A DNA stretch of 64,000 bases from the human T2T-CHM13v2.0 reference genome, Homo sapiens (GCF_009914755.1 NC_060948.1); one strand, 5' to 3'; shown: positions 36,249 to 60,433, counted from the first letter of the stretch. Made by a program: numbers and translations. Notes: generated from the sequence alone by a model not told the origin.

Positions 36249-38376
36249 AGATCCATATTTTTTAAATGAAAAAAAATTTCAAAGGTACTCTGCTTGGTAC
36301 AATAATCAAATGTATAAACTGAGGAATAAAACATAACCATGAAACCTACTTATAACTGAATACGGAAAATACAGAGGATAATTTTTTAAATAACATATTT
36401 TGAAAGCCTTAACTAGTAATTTGAAGAGTTGGCATTTGTAAGGCCAGTATGAATATACCTTCAAAGCAACAACACAGGTTCCCCATGAGAAAAAGCAAAC
36501 TCAGGGAAAATAAAACCACAAAGGTTCAATCTCTTCTGACCTTTCAAAGACACAGCACAGACAGTGGTCCTTAGGACGAAGAGCAGGAGACCCCTAATTC
36601 CGTCACCATGGCGATAGGGCATAAACATTGCTGGGTGAGGGCACAATCCACATTGTGAGGTCCAACTGCTGCCAGGAAGACAGGAGTGCTTTTACATAGA
36701 CCGAAAGGTCATTGAAGGCTCAGAGTTTTGTTTCAAGAACTGAATCCCAAGCCCACACGTTATTAGGCTGCGCTTCTTAAAACAAGTTATGAGATGGGAA
36801 AAAGGGCACCCACAAACATACGTATACATTATGTATATAATAATATACAGTATCATATATAAAATATATATAACCTATGTATAATATTGTTTTACATCAT
36901 GCATCTTATATTATATATATTGTATAAAATATAATAATTGATAATATATAAGTTTTATATTTATACAATATGACATATAGTATATATTATACTTTATGAC
37001 ATATATAATATATGTTATATATCATATATAGAATATATTATACGGTTAATATACGTATTAAATATAAATTATACATTATATATATTATATAAAATATATC
37101 TGTTATATATAATACCCATTATGCATAATATATATATTATGTCTATGTTATATATAGTATAAAACAACATATAATAATATATAATTGTATATATAAAATG
37201 CGACATATAATATATATTATATTTTATGACATATGTAATATATATTATATATTATATATAATACGTTGTATGTATAATACCTATATTAAATATATATTAT
37301 ATGACTATGTTATTAATTACATGTCACATATGTCATATATTATATATTTTACATAGAATATACCAGTTACATACAATATATACTATGTTACCTATAATGT
37401 ATAATTGATTACATGTAAAATAAAGAATGCAATATATTATGTATAATTTATAATATACAATATGTGGAATGTGATATATATAACATATAATATATGATAT
37501 ATGATATACAGTATATGATATATAACATACAATATATGATACCTAATATATATGGTATACAATATATATTTTATGATATGTATTCTATGTGTTTTATATT
37601 CTGTTATATATAACTATTTGAAATTATATATAACTGTATAATATTTTATGTAAATATGTAATATAATATATATAACTATATAATATATTATATATAACTA
37701 TATATTATGTTATATATACTTTTATAACATAATTTACAAAAAATGTCATAATATAATATATATTATATTATTTCACATTACATAATATATATTACATATC
37801 ACCCAATATAAGTAACATACATAATATTATAATATAGATTATATTATGTTATATTAAATATCATATATATCATGTATCATATATTCTATAATATATATTA
37901 CACATTATATAATATGTATGTTGTCTATTTTGTGATATATAAAACTATATATATAATTATATTATTATACATATAACTAGATAAACATGTAATTCTACAT
38001 ATTTTCATTTGTAATATATAGAATTATATAATCATATATAATTATTTATATTCTATAAAAAATTATATCATTATATAAATTATAATATAAAAAAATTATA
38101 ATATGTACTACAAATATACATATTATATATCATATATGATATAGTACCTTTGTTATATATCATAATACATATAAATGTGTATTATGTTATCTATAATTAT
38201 ATAATTTCATATATAAGATGTATAATATGTATTATATATTGTCTATGTTATGTAATATATATAGTATATGTAAGCTGACACAGGATAAATATTATATACT
38301 ATGACATATAAAATATATGAGGTTATATGTTACATATAAGGCATAGCACATAACATGTAATATATATCATATATAA

Positions 38377-38668
<292 letters not shown>

Positions 38669-40792
38669 AGATCCATATTTTTTAAATGAAAAAAAATTTC
38701 AACGGTACTCTGCTTGGTACAATAATCAAATGTATAAACTGAGGAATAAAACATAACCATGAAACCTACTTATAACTGCATATGGAAAATACAGAGGATA
38801 ATTTTTTAAATAACATATTTTGAAAGCCTTAACTAGTAATTTGCAGAGTTGGCATTTGAAAGGCCAGTATGAATATACCTTCAAAGAAGCAACACATGTT
38901 CCCCATGAGAAAAAGCAAACTCAGGGAAAATAAAACCACAAAGGTTCAATCTCTTCTGACCTTTGAAAGACACAGCACAGACAGTGGTCCTTAGGACGAA
39001 GAGCAGGAGACCCCTAATTCCGTCACCATGGCGACAGGGCATAAACATTGCTGGGTGAGGGCACAATCCACATTGAGAGGTCCAACTGCTGCCAGGAAGA
39101 CAGGAGTGCTTTTACATAGACCGAAATGTCATTGAAGGCTCAGAGTTTTGTTTCAAGAACTGAATCCCAAGCCCACACGTTATTAGGCTGCGCTTCTTAA
39201 AACAAGTTATGAGATGGGAAAAAGGGCACCCACAAACATACGTATACATTATGTATATAATAATATACAGTATCATATATATAATATATATAACCTATGT
39301 ATAATATTGTTTTACATCCTGCATCTTTTATTATATATATTGTATAAAATATAATAATTCATAATATATAACGTTTATATTTATACAATATGACATATAG
39401 TATATATTATAATTTATGACATATATAATATATGTTATATATCATATATAGAATATATTATACGGTTAATATACGTATTAAATATAAATTATACATTATA
39501 TATATTATATAAAATATATCTGTTATATATAATACACTTTATGCATAATATATATATTATGTCTACGTTATATATAGTATAAAACAACATATAATAATAT
39601 ATAATTGTATATATAAAATGCGACATATAATATATATTATATTTTATGACATATGTAATATATATTATATATTATATGTAATACGTTGTATGTATAATAC
39701 CTATATTAAATATATATTATATGACTATGTTATTAATTACATGTCACATATGTTATATATTATATATTTTACATATAATATACCGGTTACATGCAATATA
39801 TACTATGTTACCTATAATGTATAATTGATTACATGTAAAATAAAGAATGCAATATATTATGTATAATTTATAATATACAATATGTGGAATGTGATATATA
39901 TAACATATAATATATGATATATGATATACAGTATATGATATATAACATACAATATATGATACCTAATATATATGGTATACAATATATATTTTATGATATG
40001 TATTCTATATGTTTTATATTCTGTTATATATAACTATTTGAAATTATATATAACTGTATAATATTTTATGCAAATATGTAATATAATATATATAACTATA
40101 TAATATATTATATATAACTATATATTATGTTATATATACTTTTATAACATAATTTACATTAAATATCATAATATAATATATATTATATTATTTCACATTA
40201 CATAATATATATTACATATCACCCAATATAAGTAACATACATAATATTATAATATAGATTATATTATGTTATATTAAATATCATATATATCATGTATCAT
40301 ATATTCTATAATATATATTACACATTATATAATATGTATGTTGTCTATTATGTGATATATATAACTATATATAATTATATTATTATACATATAACTAGAT
40401 AAACATGTAATTCTACATATTTTCATTTATAATATATAGAATTATATAATCATATATAATTATTTATATTCTATAAAAAATTATATCATTATATAAATTA
40501 TAATATATAAAAATTATAATATGTACTACATATATATATTATATATCATATATGATATAGTACCTTTGTTATATATCATAATACATGTAAATGTGTATTA
40601 TGTTATCTGTAATTATATAATTTCATATATAAGTTGTATAATATGTGTCAAATATTATATATGTTATGTAATATATATAGTATATATAAGCTGACACAGG
40701 ATAAATATTATATACTATGACATATAAAATATATGAGGTTATATGTTACATATAAGGCATAGCACATAACATGTAATATATATCATATATAA

Positions 40793-41084
40793 TTTTTTTT
40801 TAGACAGAGTCTTGTCCTGTTGCACAGGGTGGGGTACAATGGCGCCATCTTTGCTCACTGCAACATCTGCCTCAAGGGTCCAAGCGATTGGCCTCCCTCA
40901 GCCTCCCAGGTAGCTGGGACTACACCACACTGGGACTACAGCAGCTGCCACCATGCCTAGCTAATTTTTTGGATTTTTAGTAGTGACAGCGTTTCACTGT
41001 ATTGGCCAGGATGGTCTTGATCTCTTCACCTTGTGATCCCCTTGTCTTGGCCTCCAAATTTGCTGGGATTACAGGCTTGAGCCA
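40793..41084 (-). mobile_element. Diverged Alu, U17
   Basis: Same antisense Alu motifs as U1. Confidence 0.93.
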
Positions 41085-43212
41085 AGATCCATATTTTTTA
41101 AATGAAAAAAAATTTCAAAGGTACTCTGCTTGGTACAATAATCAAATGTATAAACTGAGGAATAAAACATAACCATGAAACCTACTTATAACTGCATATG
41201 GAAAATACAGAGGATAATTTTTTAAATAACATATTTTGAAAGCCTTAACTAGTAATTTGAAGAGTTGGCATTTGAAAGGCCAGTATGAATATACCTTCAA
41301 AGCAGCAACACAGGTACCCCATGAGAAAAAGCAAACACAGAGAAAATAAAAACACAAAGGTTCAATCTCTTCTGACCTTTGAAAGACACAGCACAGACAG
41401 TGGTCCTTAGGACGAAGAGCAGGAGACCCCTAATTCCGTCACCATGGCGATAGGGCATAAACATTGCTGGGTGAGGACACAATCCACATTGTGAGGTCCA
41501 ACTGCTGCCAGGAAGACAGGAGTGCTTTTACATAGACCGAAAAGTCATTGAAGGCTCAGAGTTTTGTTTCAAGAACTGAATCCCAAGCCCACACGTTATT
41601 AGGCTGCGCTTCTTAAAACAAGTTATGAGATGGGAAAAAGGGCACCCACAAACATACGTATACATTATGTATATAATAATATACAGTATCATATATATAA
41701 TATATATAACCTATGTATAATATTGTTTTATATCCTGCATCTTCTGTTATATATATTGTATAAAATATAATAATTGATAATATATAAGTTTTATAATTAT
41801 ACAATATGACATATAGTATATATTATAATTTATGACATATATAATATATGTTATACATCATATATAGAATATATTATACGGTTAATATACGTATTAAATA
41901 TAAATTATACATTATATATATTATATATAATATATCTGTTATATATAATACCCATTATGCATAATATATATATTATGTCTATGTTATATATAGTATAAAA
42001 CAACATATAATAATATATAATTGTATATATAAAATGCAACATATAATATAAATTATATTTTATAACAAATGTTATATATATTATATATTATATATAATAC
42101 GTTGTATGCATAATACCTATATTAAATATATATTATATGACTATGTTATTAATTACATGTCACATGTGTTATATATTATATATTTTACATAGAATATACC
42201 GGTTACATACAATATATACTATGTTACCTATAATGTATAATTTATTACATGTAAAATAAAGAATGCAATATATTATGTATAATTTATAATATACAATATG
42301 TGGAATGTGATATATATAACATATAATATATGATATATGATATAGAGTATATGATATATAACATACAATATATGATTCCTAATATATATGGTATACAATA
42401 TATATTTTATGATATGTATTCTATATGTTTTATATTCTGTTATATATAACTATTTGAAATTATATATAACTGTATAATATTTTATGTAAATATGTAATAT
42501 AATATATATAACTATATAATATATTATATATAAGTATATATTATGTTATATATACTTTTATAACATAATTTACATAAAATATCATAACATAATATATCTT
42601 ATATTATTTCATATTACATAATATATATTACATATCACCCAATATAACTAACATACATAATATTATAATATAGATTATATTATGTTATATTAAATATCAT
42701 ATATATCATGTATCATATATTCTATAATATATATTACACATTATATAATATGTATGTTGTCTATTATGTGATATATATAACTCTATATATAATTTTATTT
42801 TTATACATATAACTAGATAAACATGTAATTCTACATATTTTCATTTATAATATGTAGAATTATATAATCATATATAATTATTTATATTCTATAAAAAATT
42901 TTATCATTCTATAAATTATAATATATAAAAATTATAATATGTACTACAAATTTATATATTATATATCATATATGATATAGTACCTTTGTTATATATCATA
43001 ATACATATAAATGTGTATTATGTTATCTATAATTATATAATTTCATATATAAGATGTATAATATGTATTATATATTGTATATGTTATGTAATATATATAG
43101 TATATATAAGCTGACACAGGATAAATATTATATACTATGACATATAAAATATATGAGGTTATATGTTACATATAAGGCATAGCACATAACATGTAATATA
43201 TATCATATATAA

Positions 43213-43504
43213 TTTTTTTTTAGACAGAGTCTTGTCGTGTTGCACAGGGTGAAGTACAATGGCGCCATCTTTGCTCACTGCAACATCTGCCTCACGGGTC
43301 CAAGCGATTGTCCTCCCTCAACCTCTCAGGTAGCTGGGAGTACACCACACTGGGACTACACCAGCTGCCACCATGCCTAGCTAATTTTTTGGATTTTTAG
43401 TAGTGACAGCGTTTCACTGTATTGGCCAGGATGGTCTTGATCTCTTCACCTTGTGATCCCCTTGCCTTGGCCTCCAAATTTGCTGGGATTACAGGCCTGA
43501 GCCA
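43213..43504 (-). mobile_element. Diverged Alu, U18
   Basis: Same antisense Alu motifs as U1. Confidence 0.93.
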
Positions 43505-45600
43505 AGATCCATATTTTTTAAATGAAAAAAAATTTCAAAGGTACTCTGCTTGGTACAATAATCAAATGTATAAACTGAGGAATAAAACATAACCATGAAA
43601 CCTACTTATAACTGCATATGGAAAATACAGAGGATAATTTTTTAAATAACATATTTTGAAAGCCTTAACTAGTAATTTGAAGAGTTGGCATTTGAAAGGC
43701 CAGTATGAATATACCTTCAAAGCAGCAACACAGGTTCCCCATGAGAAACAGCAAACTCAGGGAAAATAAAACCACAAAGGTTCAAGCTCTTCTGACCTTT
43801 GAAAGACACAGCACAGACAGTGGTCCTTAGGACGAAGAGCAGGAGACCCCTAATTCCGTCACCATGGCGATAGGGCATAAACATTGCTGGGTGAGGGCAC
43901 AATCCACATTGTGAGGTCCAACTGCTGCCAGGAAGACAGGAGTGCTTTTACATAGACCGAAAGGTCATTGAAGGCTCAGAGTTTTGTTTCAAGAACTGAA
44001 TCCCAAGCCCACACGTTATTAGGCTGCGCTTCTTAAAACAAGTTATGAGATGGGAAAAAGGGCACCCACAAACATACGTATACATTATGTATATAATAAT
44101 ATACAGTATCATATATATAATATATATAACCTATGTATAATATTGTTTTACATCCTGCATCTTATATTATATATATTGTCTAAAATATAATAATTGATAA
44201 TATATAAGTTTTATATTTATACAATATGACATATAGTATATATTATAATTTATGACATATATAATATATGTTATATATCATATATAGAATATATTATACG
44301 GTTAATATACGTATTAAATATAAATTGTACATTATATATATTATATATAATATATCTGTTATATATAATACCCATTATGCATAATATGTATATTATGTCT
44401 ATGTTATATATAGTATAAAACAACATATAATAATATATAATTGTATATATAAAATGCGACATATAATATATATTATATTTTATGACATATGTAATATATA
44501 TTATATATTATATATAATACGTTGTATGTATAATACCTATATTAAATATATATTATATGACTATGTTATTAATTACATGTCACATGTGTTATATATTATA
44601 TATTTTAGATAGAATATACCGGTTACATACAATATATACTATTTTACCTATAATGTATAATTGATTACATGTAAAATAAAGAATGCAATATATTATGTAT
44701 AATTTATAATATAAAATATGTGGAATGTGATATATATAACATAGAATATATGATATATGATATACAGTATATGATATATAACATACAATATATGATACCT
44801 AGTATATATGGTATACAATATATATTTTATGATATGTATTCTATATGTTTTATATTCTGTTATATATAACTATTTGAAATTATATATAACTGTATAATAT
44901 TTTATGTAAATATGTAATATAATATATATAACTATATAATATATTATATATAACTATATATTATGTTATATATACTTTTATATCATAATTTACATAAAAT
45001 GTCATAATATAATATATATTATATTATTTCATATTACATAATATATATTACATATCACTCAATATAAGTAACATACATAATATTATAATATAGATTATAT
45101 TATGTTATGTTAAATATCATATATATCATGTATCATATATTCTATAATATATATTATACATTATATAATATGTATGTTGTCTATTATGTGATATATATAA
45201 CTATATATTATTATATTATTATACATATAACTAGATAAACATGTAATTCTACATATTTTCATTTATAATATATAGAATTATATAATCATATATAATTATT
45301 TATATTCTATAAAAAATTATATCATTATATAAATTATAATATAAAAAAATTATAATATGTACTACAAATATATATATTATATATCATATATGATATAGTA
45401 CCTTTGTTATATATCATAATACATATAAATGTGTATTATGTTATCTATAATTATATGATTTCATATATAAGATGTATAATATGTATTATATATTGTATAT
45501 GTTATGTAATATATATAGTATATATAAGCTGACACAGGATAAATATTATATACTATGACATATAAAATATATGAGGTTATATGTTACATATAAGGCATAG

Positions 45601-45921
<321 letters not shown>

Positions 45922-48046
45922 AGATCCATATTTTTTAAATGAAAAAAAATTTCAAAGGTACTCTGCTTGGTACAATAATCAAATGTATAAACTGAGGAAT
46001 AAAACATAACCATGAAACCTACTTATAACTGCATATGGAAAATACAGAGGATAATTTTTTAAATAACATATTTTGAAAGCCTTAACTAGTAATTTGAAGA
46101 GTTGGTATTTGAAAGGCCAGTATGAATATACCTTCAAAGCAGCAACACAGGTTCCCCATGAGAAACAGCAAACTCAGGGAAAATAAAACCACAAAGGTTC
46201 AAGCTCTTCTGACCTTTGAAAGACACAGCACAGACAGTGGTCCTTAGGACGAAGAGCAGGAGACCCCTAATTCCGTCACCATGGCGATAGGGCATAAACA
46301 TTGCTGGGTGAGGGCACAATCCACATTGTGAGGTCCAACTGCTGCCAGGAAGACAGGAGTGCTTTTACATAGACCGAAAGGTCATTGAAGGCTCAGAGTT
46401 TTGTTTCAAGAACTGAATCCCAAGCCCACACGTTATTAGGCTGCGCTTCTTAAAACAAGCTATGAGATGGGAAAAAGGGCACCCACAAACATACGTATAC
46501 ATTATGTATATAATAATATACAGTATCATACATATAATATATATAACCTATGTATAATATTGTTTTACATCCTGCATCTTATATTATATATATTGTCTAA
46601 AATATAATAATTGATAATATATAAGTTTTATATTTATACAATATGACATATAGTATATATTATAATTTATGACATATATAATATATGTTATATATCATAT
46701 ATAGAATGTATTATACGGTTAATATACGTATTAAATATAAATTATACATTATATATATTATATATAATATATCTGTTATATATAATACCCATTATGCATA
46801 ATATGTATATTATGTCTATGTTATATATAGTATAAAACAACATATAGTAATATATAATTGTATATATAAAATGCGACATATATATATTATATTTTATGAC
46901 ATATGTAATATATATTATATATTATATATAATACGTTGTATGTATAATACCTATATTAAATATATATTATATGACTATGTTATTAATTACATGTCACATA
47001 TGTTATATATTATATATTTTACATAGAATATACCGGTTACATACAATATATACTATGTTACCTATAATGTATAATTGATTACATGTAAAATAAAGAATGC
47101 AATATATTATGTATAATTTATAATATACAATATGTGGAATGTGATATATATAACATATAATATATGATATATGATATACAGTATATGATATATAACATAC
47201 AATATACGATACCTAATATATATGGTATACAATATATATTTTATGATATGTATTCTATATGTTTTATATTCTGTTATATATAACTATTTGAAATTATATA
47301 TAACTGTATAATATTTTATGTAAATATGTAATATAATATATATAACTATATAATATATTATATATAACTATATATTATGTTATATATACATTTATAACGT
47401 AATTTACATAAAATGTCATAATATAATATATATTATATTATTTCACATTACATAATATATATTACATATCACCCAATATAAGTAAGATACATAATATTAT
47501 AATATAGATTATATTATGTTATATTAAATATCATATATATCATGTATCATATATTCTATAATATATATTACACATTATATAATATGTATGCTGTCTATTT
47601 TGTGATATATAAAACTATATATATAATTATATTATTATACATATAACTAGATAAACATGTAATTCTACATATTTTCATTTGTAATATATAGAATTATATA
47701 ATCATATATAATTATTTATATTCTATAAAAAATTATATCATTATATAAATTATAATATAAAAAAATTATAATATGTACTACAAATATACATATTATATAT
47801 CATATATGATATAGTACCTTTGTTATATATCATAATACATATAAATGTGTATTATGTTATCTATAATTATATAATTTCATATATAAGATGTATAATATGT
47901 ATTATATATTGTCTATGTTATGTAATATATATAGTATATGTAAGCTGACACAGGATAAATATTATATACTATGACATATAAAATATATGAGGTTATATGT
48001 TACATATAAGGCATAGCACATAACATGTAATATATATCATATATAA

Positions 48047-48338
<292 letters not shown>

Positions 48339-50466
48339 AGATCCATATTTTTTAAATGAAAAAAAATTTCAAAGGTACTCTGCTTGGTACAATAATCAAA
48401 TGTATAAACTGAGGAATAAAACATAACCATGAAACCTACTTATAACTGCATATGGAAAATACAGAGGATAATTTTTTAAATAACATATTTTGAAAGCCTT
48501 AACTAGTAATTTGAAGAGTTGGCATTTGTAAGGCCAGTATGAATATACCTTCAAAGCAGCAACACAGGTTCCCCATGAGAAAAAGCAAACTCAGGGAAAA
48601 TAAAACCACAAAGGTTCAATCTCTTCTGACCTTTGAAAGACACAGCACAGACAGTGGTCCTTAGGACGAAGAGCAGGAGACCCCTAATTCCGTCACCATG
48701 GCGATAGGGCATAAACATTGCTGGGTGAGGGCACAATCCACATTGTGAGGTCCAACTGCTGCCAGGAAGACAGGAGTGCTTTTACATAGACCGAAAGGTC
48801 ATTGAAGGCTCAGAGTTTTGTTTCAAGAACTGAATCCCAAGCCCACACGTTATTAGGCTGCGCTTCTTAAAACAAGTTATGAGATGGGAAAAAGGGCACC
48901 CACAAACATACGTATACATTATGTATATAATAATATACAGTATCATATATAAAATATGTATAACCTATGTATAATATTGTTTTACATCCTGCATCTTATA
49001 TTATATATATTGTATAAAATATAATAATTCATAATATATAACGTTTATATTTATACAATATGACATATAGTATATATTATAATTTATGACATATATAATA
49101 TATGTTATATATCATATATAGAATATATTATACGGTTAATATACGTATTAAATATAAATTATACATTATATATATTATATAAAATATATCTGTTATATAT
49201 AATACCCTTTATGCATAATATATATATTATGTCTATGTTATATATAGTATAAAACAACATATAATAATATATAATTGTATATATAAAATGCGACATATAA
49301 TATATATTATATTTTATGACATATGTATTATATATTATATATTATATATAATACGTTGTATGTATAATACCTATATTAAATATATATTATATGACTATGT
49401 TATTAATTACATGTCACATATGTTATATATTATATATTTTACATAGAATATACCGGTTACATGCAATATATACTATGTTACCTATAATGTATAATTGATT
49501 ACATGTAAAATAAAGAATGCAATATATTATGTATAATTTATAATATACAATATGTGGAATGTGATATATATAACATATAATATATGATATATGATATACA
49601 GTATATAATATATAACATACAATATATGATACCTAATATATATGGTATACAATATATATTTTATGATATGTATTCTATATGTTTTATATTCTGTTATATA
49701 TAACTATTTGAAATTATATATAACTGTATAATATTTTATGCAAATATGTAATATAATATATATAACTATATAATATATTATATATAACTATATATTATGT
49801 TATATATACTTTTATCACATAATTTACATTAAATATCATAATATAATATATATTATATTATTTCACATTACATAATATATATTACATATCACCCAATATA
49901 AGTAACATACATAATATTATAATATAGATTATATTATGTTATATTAAATATCATATATATCATGTATCATATATTCTATAATATATATTACACATTATAT
50001 AATATGTATGTTGTCTATTTTGTGATATATAAAACTATATATATAATTATATTATTATACATATAACTAGATAAACATGTAATTCTACATATTTTCATTT
50101 GTAATATATAGAATTATATAATCATATATAATTATTTATATTCTATAAAAAATTATATCATTATATAAATTATAATATAAAAAAATTATAATATGTACTA
50201 CAAATATACATATTATATATCATATATGATATAGTACCTTTGTTATATATCATAATACATATAAATGTGTATTATGTTATCTTTAATTATATAATTTCAT
50301 ATATAAGATGTATAATATGTATTATATATTGTCTAGGTTATGTAATATATATAGTATATGTAAGCTGACACAGGATAAATATTATATACTATGACATATA
50401 AAATATATGAGGTTATATGTTACATATAAGGCATAGCACATAACATGTAATATATATCATATATAA

Positions 50467-50758
<292 letters not shown>

Positions 50759-51361
50759 AGTTCCATATTTTTTAAATGAAAAAAAATTTCAAAGGTACTC
50801 TGCTTGGTACAATAATCAAATGTATAAACTGAGGAATAAAACATAACCATGAAACCTACTTATAACTGCATATGGAAAATACAGAGGATAATTTTTTAAA
50901 TAACATATTTTGAAAGCCTTAACTAGTAATTTGAAGAGTTGGCATTTGAAAGGCCAGTATGAATATACCTTCAAAGCAGCAACACAGGTTCCCCATGAGA
51001 AAAAGCAAACACAGGGAAAATAAAAACACAAAGGTTCAATCTCTTCTGACCTTTGAAAGACACAGCACAGACAGTGGTCCTTAGGACGAAGAGCAGGAGA
51101 CCCCTAATTCCGTCACCATGGCGATAGGGCATAAACATTGCTGGGTGAGGGCACAATCCACATTGTGAGGTCCAACTGCTGCCAGGAAGACAGGAGTGCT
51201 TTTACATAGACCGAAAGGTCATTGAAGGCTCAGAGTTTTGTTTCAAGAACTAAATCCCAAGCCCACACGTTATTAGGCTGCACTTCTTAAAACAAGTTAT
51301 GAGATGGGAAAAAGGGCACCCACAAACATACGTATACATTATGTATATAATAATATACAGT

Positions 51362-55414
<4,053 letters not shown>

Positions 55415-57709
55415 AGCCTCCCAGGTAGCTGGGACTACACCACACTGGGACTACACCAGCTGCCACCATGCCTAGCTAATTTTTTGGATTTTTAGTAGTG
55501 ACAGCGTTTCACTGTATTGGCCAGGATGGTCTTGATCTCTTCACCTTGTGATCCCCTTGCCTTGGCCTCCAAATTTGCTGGGATTACAGGCCTGAGCCAA
55601 GATCCATATTTTTTAAATGAAAAAAAATTTCAAAGGTACTCTGCTTGGTACAATAATCAAATGTATAAACTGAGGAATAAAACATAACCATGAAACCTAC
55701 TTATAACTGCATATGGAAAATACAGAGGATAATTTTTTAAATAACATATTTTGAAAGCCTTAACTAGTAATTTGAAGAGTTGGCATTTGAAAGGCCAGTA
55801 TGAATATACCTTCAAAGCAGCAACACAGGTTCCCCATGAGAAACAGCAAACTCAGGGAAAATAAAACCACAAAGGTACAAGCTCTTCTGACCTTTGAAAG
55901 ACACAGCACAGACAGTGGTCCTTAGGACGAAGAGCAGGAGACCCCTAATTCCGTCACCATGGCGATAGGGCATAAACATTGCTGGGTGAGGGCACAATCC
56001 ACATTGTGAGGTCCAACTGCTGCCAGGAAGACAGGAGTGCTTTTACATAGACCGAAAGGTCATTGAAGGCTCAGAGTTTTGTTTCAAGAACTGAATCCCA
56101 AGCCCACACGTTATTAGGCTGCGCTTCTTAAAACAAGTTATGAGATGGGAAAAAGGGCACCCACAAACATACGTATACATTATGTATATAATAATATACA
56201 GTATCATATATATAATATATATAACCTATGTATAATATTGTTTTACATCCTGCATCTTATATTATATATATTGTCTAAAATATAATAATTGATAATATAT
56301 AAGTTTTATATTTATACAATATGACATATAGTATATATTATAATTTATGACATATATAATATATGTTATATATCATATATAGAATATATTATACGGTTAA
56401 TATACGTATTAAATATAAATTATACATTATATATATTATATATAATATATCTTTTATATATAATACCCATTATGCATAATATGTATATTATGTCTATGTT
56501 ATATATAGTATAAAACAACATATAATAATATATAATTGTATATATAAAATGCGACATATAATATATATTATATTTTATGACATATGTAATATATATTATA
56601 TATTATATATAATACGTTGTATGTATAATACCTATATTAAATATATATTATATGACTATGTTATTCATTACATGTCACATGTGTTATATATTATATATTT
56701 TACATAGAATATACCGGTTACATACAATATATACTATGTTACCTATAATGTATAATTGATTACATGTAAAATAAAGAATGCAATATATTATGTATAATTT
56801 ATAATATACAATATGTGGAATGTGATATATATAACATATAATATATGATATATGATATACAGTATATGATATATAACATACAATATATGATACCTAGTAT
56901 ATATGGTATACAATATATATTTTATGATATGTATTCTATATGTTTTATATTCTGTTATATATAACTATTTGAAATTATATATAACTGTATAATATTTTAT
57001 GTAAATATGTAATATTATATATATAACTATATAATATATTATATATAACTATATATTATGTTATATATACTTTTATATCATAATTTACATAAAATGTCAT
57101 AAAATAATATATATTATATTATTTCATATTACATAATATATATTACATATCACCCAATATAAGTAACATACATAATATTATAATATAGATTATATTATGT
57201 TATGTTAAATATCATATATATCATGTATCATATATTCTATAATATATATTATACATTATATAATATGTATGATGTCTATTATGTGATATATATAACTATA
57301 TATTATTATATTATTATACATATAACTAGATAAACATGTAATTCTACATATTTTCATTTATAATATATAGAATTATATAATCATATATAATTATTTATAT
57401 TCTATAAAAAATTATATCATTATATAAATTATAATATAAAAAAATTATAATATGTACTACAAATATATATATTATATATCATATATGATATAGTACCTTT
57501 GTTATATATCGTAATACATATAAATGTGTATTATGTTATCTATAATTATATAATTTCATATATAAGATGTATAATATGTATTATGTATTGTATATGTTAT
57601 GTAATGTATATAGTATATATAAGCTGACACAGGATAAATATTATATACTATGACATATAAAATATATGAGGTTATATGTTACATATAAGGCATAGCACAT
57701 AACATGTAA

Positions 57710-58016
<307 letters not shown>

Positions 58017-60126
58017 AGATCCATATTTTTTAAATGAAAAAAAATTTCAAAGGTACTCTGCTTGGTACAATAATCAAATGTATAAACTGAGGAATAAAAC
58101 ATAACCATGAAACCTACTTATAACTGCATATGGAAAATACAGAGGATAATTTTTTAAATAACATATTTTGAAAGCCTTAACTAGTAATTTGAAGAGTTGG
58201 CATTTGTAAGGCCAGTATGAATATACCTTCAATGCAGCAACACATGTTCCCCATGAGAAAAAGCAAACTCAGGGAAAATAAAACCACAAAGGTTCAATCT
58301 CTTCTGACCTTTGAAAGACACAGCACAGACAGTGGTCCTTAGGACGAAGAGCAGGAGACCCCTAATTCCGTCACCATGGCGATAGGGCATAAACATTGCT
58401 GGGTGAGGGCACAATCCACATTGTGAGGTCCAACTGCTGCCAGGAAGACAGGAGTGCTTTTACATAGACCAAAAGGTCATTGAAGGCTCAGAGTTTTGTT
58501 TCAAGAACTGAATCCCAAGCCCACACGTTATTAGGCTGCGCTTCTTAAAACAAGTTATGAGATGGGAAAAAGGGCACCCACAAACATACGTATACATTAT
58601 GTATATAATAATATACAGTATCATATATATAATATATATAACCTATGTATAATATTGTTTTACATCCTGCATCTTATATTATATATATTGTCTAAAATAT
58701 AATAATTGATAATATATAAGTTTTATATTTATACAATATGACATATAGTATATATTATAATTTATGACATATATAATATATGTTATATATCATATATAGA
58801 ATATATTATACGGTTAATATACGTATTAAATATAAATTATACATTATATATATTATATATAATATATCTGTTATATATAATACCCATTATGCATAATATG
58901 TATATTATGTCTATGTTATATATAGTATAAAACAACATATAATAATATATAATTGTATATATAAAATGCGACATATAATATATATTATATTTTATGACAT
59001 ATGTAATATATATTATATATTATATATAATACGTTGTATGTATAATACCTATATTAAATATATATTATATGACTATGTTATTCATTACATGTCACATGTG
59101 TTATATATTATATATTTTACATAGAATATACCGGTTACATACAATATATACTATGTTACCTATAATGTATAATTGATTACATGTAAAATAAAGAATGCAA
59201 TATATTATGTATAATTTATAATATACAATATGTGGAATGTGATATATATAACATATAATATATGATATATGATATACAGTATATGATATATAACATACAA
59301 TATATGATACCTAGTATATATGGTATACAATATATATTTTATGATATGTATTCTATATGTTTTATATTCTGTTATATATAACTATTTGAAATTATATATA
59401 ACTGTATAATATTTTATGTAAATATGTAATATTATATATATAACTATATAATATATTATATATAACTATATATTATGTTATATATACTTTTATATCATAA
59501 TTTACATAAAATGTCATAAAATAATATATATTATATTATTTCATATTACATAATATATATTACATATCACCCAATATAAGTAACATACATAATATTATAA
59601 TATAGATTATATTATGTTATGTTAAATATCATATATATCATGTATCATATATTCTATAATATATATTATACATTATATAATATGTATGATGTCTATTATG
59701 TGATATATATAACTATATATTATTATATTATTATACATATAACTAGATAAACATGTAATTCTACATATTTTCATTTATAATATATAGAATTATATAATCA
59801 TATATAATTATTTATATTCTATAAAAAATTATATCATTATATAAATTATAATATAAAAAAATTATAATATGTACTACAAATATATATATTATATATCATA
59901 TATGATATAGTACCTTTGTTATATATCGTAATACATATAAATGTGTATTATGTTATCTATAATTATATAATTTCATATATAAGATGTATAATATGTATTA
60001 TGTATTGTATATGTTATGTAATGTATATAGTATATATAAGCTGACACAGGATAAATATTATATACTATGACATATAAAATATATGAGGTTATATGTTACA
60101 TATAAGGCATAGCACATAACATGTAA

Positions 60127-60433
<307 letters not shown>

